From the human T2T-CHM13v2.0 reference genome, Homo sapiens, in NCBI RefSeq assembly GCF_009914755.1, contig NC_060932.1: a stretch of DNA of 64,000 bases; one strand, written 5' to 3'. Under the pieces are notes generated by a model, which did no database searches, was not told the origin of the DNA, and saw only the letters and a program-made list of their open reading frames with translations. The position numbers were made by a program, and so were the translations under genes. Shown here in pieces: positions 27,728 to 43,099 of this stretch; position 1 is the first letter of the stretch, and each line of letters opens with the position of its first letter.

Positions 27728-28996
27728 AATCAGTACATTTAGAAATGCACATTTGATTCCTGTGTAAGGCATTTCGCATAAAAACACTTACAAATGAGGG
27801 AAAACCATGTCAAGTCGCACGTTCTTTTGGGGCGGGGACCAGAAAAAGATGGTCACCCAAATGTTTCAATCTGCTATTCTCTCAAGACAAGGCTGCCTTC
27901 CACCCACCAGTCCATGTGCCCCTCAGTCCATATCTCTGTCCTCAGCATTGCGCCCGAGGCCCGGCCTACAGGAGGAACTCCGTGAATATGACTTAACTAG
28001 CACTCACTGCAGTTTCTAGATGTTGGTACCATCTCTGCCTCTCCCAGGGGACCACGCACACTCTTACTCACCTCCAACTCCTCAGGCCCAGCCTTCTCTA
28101 GCACACAGCATGTCTTCAAAGCAAGCCTGGGAACCAAATCAAATTGAAGCGTGCTTAACAAGCAAAGGATGTTGTCAGGGAAAGCAGCAGCTTTAAAATG
28201 TTTTGACCCATTTCTTCCTTATCTGAAATGTGAGTTTCTCTCCAGCCCATATGAAAGCCACATGTTTCTGTTATCAGACCCAACAGCCACATAAAAGCTA
28301 CATGTTTTTCTGACCTGGGCCCAGCAGTGATTTTTTTTTTTTCCCTAAGAATTTAAAGGAAGGAAGAACCTGAAATATAACATTAGACAGCAATGTGTTT
28401 TCTAAGGATGAAAAATGTGCTGAATAAAGTGTGGAATCATTTTTTTTCCTCGACACAAATATAACTCCATCCCAGCTTGCCCCAGTGAGAAATAATGCCC
28501 CAGAAGCATCAGCAGAAAGGGCATCTGCATTTCCCAAATAATAAAGACAGGTGAGAGGCGAAAGTGCCACCATGTCTTGATATGTTAATGCATTTTAACA
28601 ACCTAATTAACATTAGGTGGTGACAGATACACAAAAGAAAAGGGGTAAAGGAGTAAAGGAATATAAACGACTGAATTTGAAAATACTGCTTTGAATAGCC
28701 TAGCCTTTGACAAACTGTTATTAACTTCATATTTTTCCAGCCTGATGTTCACATTAATTTTTCTGCTAGAAATACAGCTTTTGCAAAAGATTGTTAAACA
28801 CGTTCTTTTCTCCTATTGTTAAACAAAATACATCAAAATGGTCTGATTTAGTTCAAGATTGTGTGGCTGGAGGTCACAATTCTATGTATTTCAGACAAGG
28901 GGCATCCTCAAACTCAGCTGGTCACGTTGACTTGGGACTGCTTTTCTGGGAAGCAATTTGACAGCAGGTAACAAAGGACTTAAAAATGTTCACATT

Positions 28997-29315
<319 letters not shown>

Positions 29316-29661
29316 TCAGAGAATCTATCCTAATAATATGACCAGGAAAACCTTTCCACGGAGATATCAAACAGTGTTTAATAAAATTACAAATAAATGG
29401 GGCAGTATCTCAAGGTCTAACATTGGGAAAAATATTCAGAATATTCTGATAACATCGCTGACAGTCTTTACAATTACACTGACGAACATTGAGTGGAATG
29501 GGAAAATGCTTCTGTATTAGCGCTGAGTGAATAAGGTAGAGCGCAGAAACGCACACGCAACGCAGTACCCAGGGAAGAGCGAGAACCACAGAGAGAAAGG
29601 TGAGGACGGAAATCTCAGCACCACCGTTCACAAGCTGGGAGGTCTTGGCCAAACCACCTAA

Positions 29662-30044
<383 letters not shown>

Positions 30045-32722
30045 CAGGCTTGGGTTTTTGTTTGTTTGTTTAAGATTCAGGATCTTGCTGTGTTGCTCGG
30101 ACTAGAGTGCAGTGGCTGTTCACAGGCACCATCATCCAAGTGACTGTTTTAATAAAAAGCTTAGAATAGTATGTATCATGGAGTAGGCACTCAGAAAATG
30201 GTAGCTATTATTATTATAATTATGCATAGAAAAGGGAATAACAACATACAATGATTGAGGCTGGGCAGTGGAACCATGGTTAATTTTTTTCCTCCAACAT
30301 TCTTACAATTTTAGCATCTTCTATAGTAAACATGTTATACTGCTATAATGAAAATAAATCTCTATAAATCTAAAACTGTCCACTTAAAAATCCTAAATAG
30401 ATAGGGTAATAAAAATATTATTAGTCTCCTCACTTTCACTTCCTTTCTGCCTCAGATGGGAACCCAGCTGTTTTAATCCACATATAATTGCCTCATCCAT
30501 GGTAAACAGGCTGAGCGTGTCCCTTCTCTGGTTAAAAGCCTTCAATAGTAGCCTATAGGATGATATCCAGGCTCACCACATGACACTCAAGGGCCTTCAT
30601 GATCTGACCCAAGCCTACCTTTCTAAAAGGCCAGCATGGAAATCAGAATGTATCACTTCCCCAGTGCTAATGTCGCCTTCTGAGTTCTTCTGCCCAAGAA
30701 CCGCCGAGGACAAGGCTGCTGACTGACAGGCAGGCCCAGGACTGTCCAAGGCTCCCAGTGGTGAGCAGCATCCTGAAAGATCTGGTATGGTCCTTGGCCC
30801 CTCAGCCAGGTGATGCATCTGTCAGAAAGCCCTGGCTCTGGGGCCTGAAACCTCAAAGGGTAGGATAAGCTTTTTCCTCCCTTGGAGACGTTTACCAAGC
30901 ATGAGTAAGTGCCAGCCACAGGGCTAAGCTCTTGCCTGGTATCTTCTATCCTTGGAGTAAGTGTATCATTAGGCTCCTGTTACAGACAGGAAACTGATAT
31001 CCAGTGGGGTATGGTAACTTGCCCAAGAGGAGAGGCCTGGGATGAGCGTTAGGCTGGACTCTGAGGCCTATGCTCGCAACGCTCGACTCTGAAAGCTTTA
31101 CATCTGTGTGATCTATAGCCAATCCAGGTACAGATTCACGGAGAGTGGAGATGGGGGTGCAGGGAGAGCACACTCTGCAGAGCTCCATGTTTCACTGCAA
31201 ACACCTTTTGCAAACCTCATGCCCCATGACTCTTTGAAAAAGAGAGTTCCCCGACGCTCCACAGTCTCTCCTGCTGTAGTTACAGGAGTGACGTGGACTA
31301 TGTGATGAAGGCTCCACGAGCCCACACGCCCACGTCCAGCAGGACTACACCACTTGCCCTTATTTTACACTTTGGGTTCCTGCTGCATAAGTATGTTTGC
31401 AGAAAGAATCTTACTGTTTAAAAAAAAAAAAAAAAAGGCTTGGAAACCACTGGTCTAGACTGAAAAACAGAAATTTCAACCTCTTGTATCTTTACCATCC
31501 TGATAAAATCTCTCTCTTTAAATATAAACCATCCTTTCTTTTCCATGCAGAAGCTCTTTCTGTTGTGAAATGAGAACCACCAAAACCTCTCTCGAATGGA
31601 AATGCCAGGGAAGCCCCGTCAGGCAGCCCGGCCTAAGCTCTGAGGACTGGGTTCACTGAAGCCGACGTGCTGGAGGGAGCCCAGGACTTTCAATCCCACC
31701 AGGTGACCAATTCTGCTATTTCAGAGTGAGCATCCCCCTTCTGCTCTGCCTACTCACTTAGAGAAGAAAGGGGCAAGTCATGGACGGCAGCAGCCTGCTG
31801 AGGTCCACGCCACCCTGCCCCTACAAAAGCAGATGACAGCCTCTGCTGTGGGTAATCGTGTCCCGATCTGGCGCGTTCCACATGGGGAGCCACAGCCTAT
31901 CTCTGTCAACGCATTGCCTCTCATTTCTCTGATTCATTGTTAAAAATAAACATTTCTTCTTCAAAGTGCTGGCAGAACTCTCCCCTAAGCCTATAGCTTC
32001 CCCCCACCCCACACCCCCTTAGGAATCACTGTGGTTTTTTCTAAGGGTAGGCTGGCAGAAGGAAATAAAAATGAAGCCGTTCAGACTTGCACACACAACT
32101 CTAAGAAGACTTCTCCATTTTCTAACTATGACTTTCCCCACCTGAAGCAGAAGGCAACCTAGCAGGTTACCAGATCCTTCCCATCCTCCTAAAGACTAAA
32201 CCAGAAACAAAGCCTAACCAGGGCTTGGATCGTGTGCTGGAGAGCGGGTATGGTGTGGGTGAAAGACACAGGTTTTGAAATGTGCTACCACAAAGAAAGT
32301 ACAAGAGGATCCCAGAGTATGGAGGATGAAGAAGGAGGGGAGAGAGGAGATGGTGGGAGAGGAAGAAGGACAGGGGAAGACGATGAAAGGAGCAGGGAGA
32401 GGCAAGAAGAGACAGAAGAAGCGGGGTAGAAATGGAAGGGGAGCAGGTGAGGCAGTCAGTTGAAATGACACGTCTCTCCACCAACAATTTTGCACTGCAG
32501 CCCCACATAGCCCCTTTCCTCTGTGATGAGGGCAGCAGCCTCCCCATGGCTCTCAGGGGCCACAGCTCCACCTGTGCCCTGGTGCCCAGCTCCTGCTGCC
32601 TCTGGGGGATTGGTCCCAGGCACCCCATCCCGTCCTGCTCCACCCGTCTCTTCCACTGTTCAATCCTTGTCAGTGCACACAATCACACACTGCCAACACC
32701 ACCTTCAAAACATCCCTCTCTC

Positions 32723-34392
<1,670 letters not shown>

Positions 34393-35379
34393 TAGTTATG
34401 CAAGAAATGTGAAAATCTATCACCTAAGAGGTATCCATCCTCAAAACCATCTTAGTGATAAGAGTCCACCAACCTAGAGATAAACAAGAACAAACTTGGG
34501 AATGGAAAAGTTGTAGCACAGAAGTGGCAAGCCTCATCTCCGCTTAAACACACAACGAGGACTGGGACCTTTTGAAATTATGACTTGAGAGCTGAATATA
34601 AATGCTATAACCCTTAACAAAGAAGAAATGGCCAGTACTTGAAGGTGGGGTGGGAGATGGTAAAAAGTCTAAGTGCATAAATTCCCTTATTTTTCCTAAC
34701 AAGAAACTCATCAGTAATTTGAAAATGTGACATATACAGTTGAACAATACAACTACGCTACTTCCTCAGGTTTTTCACAATCTTTTTTCTTCATCTTAAA
34801 GAGACCTGATAGGGAATCATATCTCTCGTCATGAATAAACATATCAGAAGCTCAGCAATTCCATAAACTTCACTTCGATTTATTTTTTTCTCTGATATGC
34901 TAACGTAAAATTAAATTAATAGTTTTATTTAAAAGAGCAAGTAGAGTACGATCCACTTTTAGGGGAAATAACTTCTCCTTCCTGCCAGTCTTTCTCAGCA
35001 CACGTAAATGCAGAGGACGGGTCTGTTTGAAGGTTTCTCTAACATTAATAACGTCGATTTCTGGGTAGTAAGGTTTGGGAAGCCTTTTTCTCTAGACCCT
35101 TCTGCTGTGCTTGTATTTATAAAAATGAAAATCATATTTAAGCAAACTGCACTTAAACAACAAACACAGAAATAAAAACAATAGCTCCACCTCATGATTT
35201 AGCAAACCAAGCTCCCACTGTGGGCTGTACAAGTTTCTCCTCGAAGCCCCTCAATGCACTGATGGCCTTTTTCTTCTCTCCCACTGGGCAGCCCGCTTCA
35301 AAAGCCTCTTCCCCCCCGAGTGTTCCCCAGAGGCAGCACCTCATCCTCTTCTATCCGCACGAATGTCTCTATCTTTCAG

Positions 35380-35675
35380 AGGTCAGAAATACACTCATCT
35401 GAAGCCCTTGAGGCCAGGTGTTTTTCAGAACTAAGACTTGCTCGGGTTTTAGAAAGACCATAGGGTATATACACCATGGACCAGGCAGCCCCCTGTAACC
35501 AGATGCATTAAGTCTGCAGTCAAATCAATAAATAGTCCTACTACGTGAAATAAGGGAAGACTTTAAATGGCCCCATACAAATTTATGCCAGGTTTCACCA
35601 CTAATGGGCTTGGATACCATCTTCATGAAAAGAAAAGCCTTTCTTTGGGGAGCTTTTCGGATTTTGGAATAGCAG
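35380..35675. mobile_element. Probable Tigger-type non-autonomous DNA transposon relic
   Basis: Recalled similarity only (ctgaagcccttgaggccaggtgtttttcagaa ... gagcttttcggattttggaat). Confidence 0.45.
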
Positions 35676-35880
35676 GCAGAGGGCCATGGAGCTGCCTAAG
35701 CTGCCTTCCTGCCTGTCTCCCCAAGAGACACTGAGCTCCATAAAGATGAGAACCTCGCCTTCTTTATCACAGATTCCCAGAGCCAAGCAGAGGGTCTGGC
35801 ACACAGGAGAGGTCCCGCACTTGATAGATGAGTAGGCTGGTAGACCTTCTGAGTGTTTGCTTAAAAACATAAGGGCAGGC

Positions 35881-36218
<338 letters not shown>

Positions 36219-38282
36219 TCAAATACAACTGTGACTATGTTGGTCTCCTCTGGCTATTATAACATATGTAGGTTGACCCGGTTTGAAGTCATTTGAGTGT
36301 GTCTGTATGAATTCAGGTTCTGCCCATAATATGGAAATATTCACACCAATATATACACACGGAAACACACTGTTCACCTGGCACCAGACACTGCCTCCCG
36401 CCCCATGAGCAGCTCCCACAGAAGCCCTCCTACCGCACGCCACACCTGCTCAGACCGAGGGCTGAGAGAACTCAGCTCTTACGATGCCCCAGGTTCAGAG
36501 TGAACCCTAAGTGGAAGGCAAGTTTCATTTCTTCACCTGACATTAAACAGCTTATACTCTTAAAAAATAACCTATTATCTTAGCTCCACTGGCGTATTAC
36601 CAAGAACCAGGTGACTCATTTCCAGGTCACCCGGGAGACCAGGGGGTTGGAGCTAATCCATAATTCCAGATTTCCTGGCCACGCCAGCTGCGTAGAGGTC
36701 CGGGCCAGGCCCTTAGCACACTTCATGGCTAACCCTGAAAATCGCCATCCCCCACCAAGTGTACCCACCCCTGCTTTCAGAACAAAGTACATGAGCCCAT
36801 CCCAGGATAAGGAGGGTAAAGAGCTGGGCATCTCATTAATGCCTGGCTCCGATCTTGAGCTCATAGAGCAGCCTTGCCTTGCAGCCTGGCTTCCCATGCA
36901 GCTGTTCATTGACAGCGGAGGCCAACAGGCTGATGTGATGGACAGACCATTTCTAGGCCATATTAATGGGCTGGCTTCTGGGTGATACGTCGTAGCTCCA
37001 GAAGCCGGACTGGTGTGACCCTGCTCCCAGAGACTCGAGCGCTCCCAGTGCTACAAAAATTAAAAGTCGCAGTCCAAAAGGCTGAGGATCAGCCTCAAGG
37101 ACTGACAGAAGACTGCAGAGAGAGAGACAACAAACCATAATTATATAAGAACAAGTCATAAAAGGCAAAACCCTGGGTAAGAGATCACATCCCTTCTTAA
37201 TGAAAGCAGAGGCACAGTGAGACGCAATAGCTCATCTGAAGCCCCACGACTCGGAGGTGGCAGCCTGGCCCCATGCATGTCGCTGCAGGCTCTCCGTCTC
37301 CTGCCCCCTCATCCTGCACCCCCTGAGATATCTGCCTTCCTGTCAAGGGTCCAACATACCATGATGGCCTCAGCAGGCTTCATAACCCTAGGGCCTAATA
37401 CCAGACCTGGCTCACACTAAATGCTGAATAAATGTGCAAGAAAGACTGGCAGGAAGATGGATGGGCGAGGCTGAGTTAATAGGAGGGGTCTCCGTTTCAT
37501 GCTCTGGGAAAGGGCAGCCAGGGCTTTCAGAGTCCCAAGAACTCCTCCCAAGTTTCCAGCTGAGCTTGCTTCAAGGAAGGACACTTTGAAAATGTCTCTA
37601 CTTCCTAGGCACCGCAATGTTACTACCAAGGGTATTTCCTGTGGAAACCAGGGGTTCTCTTTGGAAGATGAGGGAAAACCTCATTATAAAGTCAAGGATG
37701 GAGCTAATATTTGGAGAAATAATTAACTGCAGTGATCTAGATAACAGCAGAGATGAAAGACAGCAGGAAGTCAGCTGCGGCAGGGGCAAGAGGGGCCTCT
37801 GAAGTTGGCTTCAAAGGGTTCTGATCTGCTGTCCCGCCTGCTGCGATGAAGTTACAAAAATAACAGAGAATTAAAAACTGTCCTCAACCCAGGACTGCTC
37901 TACCCAGCAGTCTCCTCTCAACTGTCGGTGACTCCCTACTGCCTGGGGACAGAGGCCAACCCCAGCGTGCTTTCAAGACCTTCTACAGTGGCGCCCATTC
38001 CACCTCTGCAGACCCATCTCCCGCCGGCCCCACAGCGACCCTTCGATTCAGCCGCAGAACGCTGACCACCCCCAGCCCAGACCTCTGCTGTCTCCTCAGT
38101 CTAGAAACTCCTCCCTCCTCCTGCCGGCCAGCTCCACTTAGCCAATTTCCAAGCACTCCAAAAAAAAAAAAAAAACAAACCTTTTTTACCAAAATATTGA
38201 TGGAAGCCACCATTAGTTATGTACTCTACTAATAAAAGACATTATTTAATCTATTCTTCAACATTTTTTTTTACTTTAATTT

Positions 38283-38579
<297 letters not shown>

Positions 38580-39468
38580 ACAGTGCATAGAGCATCTAAA
38601 ATATATATCATTTTGTTTTCCAAGTGAGAAAAGGAATCAGAGAGACTGAGTAACTTATCCAAGGGCACACAGCTAATGAGTCCAGGAATCAAACCACAGA
38701 CTGACTGGCCCCTCAAGCACTTCTCTTTCCCCATATCCCACCCCAATAAGACCAAAAGTTACTACTGCCTACCTCTGGTGACAAATGGATGATGGAGAGA
38801 AAACATCTCACTACGTGATCATCTCTGGGTGCTGGAAATGATGGTGACTTTTTAAGACATTTCTGTATTTTCCATATTTTTGTATTTGTTTTAAACATAC
38901 AGCATAAGGGTTAAGAGAATGGAACTCAGATTCAGAAAGAACTTGATTCTAGGCTCAGTCACTTAGGAGTTATGAGGGCTTACACCCTCTAGGCTTTATT
39001 TTCCTAATTTGTTAAAGGGGGATAATCCATTTACTTCAAGATTATTATGAAATCAAATTAGGCAGCATATATAAAGTACTTAGCACATGGCCTAATGCAA
39101 GTATCTGAATGAAAAAAAAAAAAAGCTTTCCAGAATGTCCCCCTGCTCATCTTCCTCTTGTCAGCCTACACATAAACCATCCCCAAACACTCAAAAATCC
39201 TTGCCATTGGAAGACCTCCAAAATCTGGGATAAGGACCTTTCCCTGTGGCTTTTGTTCTAGTAGCTACCAATACTTCTTGACAGAGATTCATGTTCTCTG
39301 CATTCCCTGGAGGTGCATCCTGTGCAGGAAGTTGCTACGGGGTCCCTGTGAGGCTGGAGTTCTACTGGTGTTCCTTGCCTAGTCTTGGGAATAGTGGATG
39401 ATTCCCAGCAGATGGTGACCTGAAGAACAAGCTCTTAAAGTCCAACAACTATTAGAAACAAGGCTTCA

Positions 39469-39771
<303 letters not shown>

Positions 39772-40818
39772 TCAGACAGTAAACTAAAGTGGTTAAAGCT
39801 GGATAGAATTTAGAGGCCAAACCTGACCCCTCATTGGGCAGAGATGAAAGCTGAGCCCTCCAGAGACAAAGGTGCCTGCTTGAGGTCACCTGACAATGAC
39901 TGGCAGGGCTAGACTTAGAATCCCAACCATGGCCACACACCTAATTTCTTTCACCCTTAGTCATCCTCATTACTGTTGCTTTCTTTCCAAAACTCCCCAT
40001 GGAGTCCACACTGCATCGATTATGAAGTCTAACGAAGTTCCCTCCAGGACATACCAGCCAGTCCAGGAAGGGTTCCATACTGACCCTCCCCAGGTGGCTT
40101 CCCTTCCCTTGAAGAGCTGAGGAGGTCATGAGAGCACACCTAGACCATCTCCACTCTGACTACCAGGCACATTCTGCCCACTCATCGCACCTCACCCTGT
40201 GGACTGACTCTCTCACCAACACCCACCACTCTGAACTTAGAATTGCCAAATTCTTTGGCTGGAGGAGACATGGTGGTCACTTCCAAATAGCAACAGGCAC
40301 CGCTCACTGAGAAACAGCTGCCTGCAGGGAGGTGCACCCACAGTATGCCTCATCCCAGGAGTACAAAAGGGTGGTCATCTTCCATTTTGCAGAAGAAACT
40401 CATGCTTGGGTTTCCAGTAACATGTAGACAGCCTGTGGGTGTGGCAGCGTAGGCAGGCGCAGATCGGGCTGGCTCCGAGAGCCACGCACGGTCATTCCAT
40501 ACCTCAAACTCAATGTCTCCCTCACACCTCCTGCCCACCACCACCCAGAGGCTGCCAAAGGAAAGGTCAGAAAGGGGAAACGTCTTGCCTTTGGCCACCC
40601 TGTTAGCCACAGCACTCCATCGTGTATCCACCATGTAACCCAACACAACTGGTACCTACCAGTGACCTGACAGCTACTCGGAGAGGCAGCAGAGTAGAGG
40701 GGAGGGAAGGAGAGGGAAGCCCTCAAGAAGAGGGCCTCGTCCTGTAAGCATTCATATCTGACCTAGCACTGGGCACGGTGCCCTGGCAAGCAAGACATCC
40801 ATGCCGCAACAGAGGCAA

Positions 40819-41095
40819 GCCTGCACTCTGGGTCCGAATCCCAGCTCCACCATTTCCCAGCATGTAACTCTGGGCAGCTTCCTTCATTTTCTGGGTCTAA
40901 GTTCCCTCATCTACAAAACAGGACCAATAGTCCTACCCGACTGGCTTTGTATCAAGAGCACAGCACATGAGGATGTATATCGCACCTAGTACATTTATTT
41001 CCTCACCTGCAGTGGGTACTCAAAAATATGGCTGTTGATTACCAGAGTCCATCCATAAATGTTTTATTGAAATAGTAAATGCATAACCCAAGTCT
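40819..41095 (+). repeat. Copy 1 of a ~270-bp local duplication (MIR + unique flank)
   Basis: Colinear with 41973-42242; shared strings include cccagcatgtaac, tgtatcaagag, cacctagtacat, ttaccagagtcca. Confidence 0.9.
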
Positions 41096-41779
41096 GATTA
41101 GAATTGGATTTCCAGAAGCCCAATCCAGTGGTCACTCTACAATAACACAGGGTCTCTTCTTTCCAAACTCCAAACCATGGTGTGCCTGCCGTGGCCACAC
41201 CTGTCAGGCTACACAAGCAGCAAGGACCCCCTGAGACCTGAACATCAGATGTCTGGCTGGAGGCTTCAGCAGGTCTTCAACGCCATGGCCGGCAGTTCCT
41301 CAAAGCTAAAGCTGGTGCGTGAATGAGCTGATCATGATGACAGCTTTATAACATGCACCTGACAGATGGCACGTTGACAGTGAGGGGAGCTTCTCTGGGC
41401 TGGGACAGAGAATGGCAAATCAACCATCACCGGAGCAAGGCTCTTCCAGCAGAGCTGTGAGGCACTGGTTAGAAAGCTGATGACCGGCTGTAATCTTGAA
41501 CAGTTACATTAATTAAAAGCTGCATCTTTATCAAGCAACACTTCCCAGGGAGAGAGAGGAGTGAGAAACACGCAAGTGGAGAGGGAGGCTGCAGGAAGGG
41601 GACCCGCTCCCCAGAAGCCCAGCGTGACCTTCAGGCCTCCAGACAGGACCCAAAGAAACCCTGCTGCCCTTTATGTGCCATGAAAAATCAACCCCCACCA
41701 AAGAAAACCACTTTCTCACACTCGTGGAGAAATACTTGCAAAATGTATTAAAGGGCGTGACGTGCTAGACACCTGAAAT

Positions 41780-43000
41780 GAGCCAAGTAGAGGGACTGAG
41801 AAGAGGGTCTTGGGAGAGAGGAAAATTTTCAGTGGGGTGCTCAGCATCAGCCTTGCCTTATGGAGAAGGTTCTAATTCAGCAAAGACCTGAAAGAGGTGA
41901 GGACTTCAGCCTCATAGATAACCAGGGAGGAGCATTTCAGGAAGAGCGGTGCCTCTCCGAGGTGCAGACAACGCCTGCGCTCCGGGTTTGAATTCTACCT
42001 CCACCACTTCCCAGCATGTAACCCTGGACAACTTCCTTCATTTTGGGTCTGCTTTCCCTCACCTACAAAGCAGGACCAACGGTACTACCTGCTTGGCTCT
42101 GTATCAAGAGTATACCACGTGAGGGAGGGCGCACATTCCACCTAGTACATCTCCTCACTTGGAGGGGGACTCATAAATATGACTGCCCATTACCAGAGTC
42201 CACCCATAAGTGTTTGAAATAAGGAATGCACAAACCAAGCCTCCACAAAGACAATAAATTAGCAGTGTGCCCACATATTCTTTCAATAGCTAAAATACAC
42301 AGGGGCTGAGTGTCGGAGGGAGGAGAGGAGACAGGGAGGTAAGTGGGAGGGGATAAGGTTATGGAGAGCCTTTCAGGCCATTGTAAAAACATTAGATTTT
42401 ACTCTGAGCAGCTAGGGAGCCACTGCAGAGAAATGATATATTTCACTTAGATGTTAACAGGATCCCTCTGGCCACATGTTGAAAACAAAACAGACTGCAG
42501 ACAGAAAAGCTGGAAACATGGAACCCAGTTAGGAAATTATTGCAATAATCCAAGTGAGTGTGAATGGTGACCTGAATCCGTGAAAAGAAGGTAAGAAGTA
42601 GCTGCTTCCAAATACATTTTAGAGATAGAGAAACCAGAATTCTTGAGGAATAGGTATGAAGTTGAACAGAATGGTAAAGAATGACTCCAACGTATCTGGC
42701 TTAAGCAACTGGAAGGAAAAAGTTGCCATCAACAAAGTCAGGGAAATTGTAAAGCCGGTTGGAAGTAAATTGTCAGTCGCGTTGAGTGCAGGATGACTGG
42801 AAGACACCCAGTAGAGATACTGGGTAGGTAAGTGGAGAGGAGTGGTTGGAATTGAGAAAATGCAGAAGCTGCCCTCGTCTGATACTGACAGCCACGAGCG
42901 TGCAGGAGACCACCGTGAGGAAGTGTGGAAGGAGCAGAGAGGAGGACTAGGACAGGGACGTGGACTGGACGTGAGACATTCCTATGCTGAGAAGTCAAGA
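41780..43000 (-). mobile_element. L2 fragment, interrupted by duplication copy 2
   Basis: Purine-rich reverse L2 text (aaagacctgaaagaggtgagg; ggccattgtaaaaacattagattttactctgag; aagaatgactccaacgtatctggcttaagcaactggaagg). Confidence 0.8.
41973..42242 (+). repeat. Copy 2 of the ~270-bp local duplication
   Basis: See copy 1; same orientation, 1.15 kb downstream. Confidence 0.9.
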
Positions 43001-43099
43001 AGAATGTGTCCTCGCAGCTCCTCCTGCAGCACCTCACAGTGCACAACCGGCTGGGCCAGCCCATCCAGCATAGAGATGTGAAAACCTGTCCAGGTCGCT

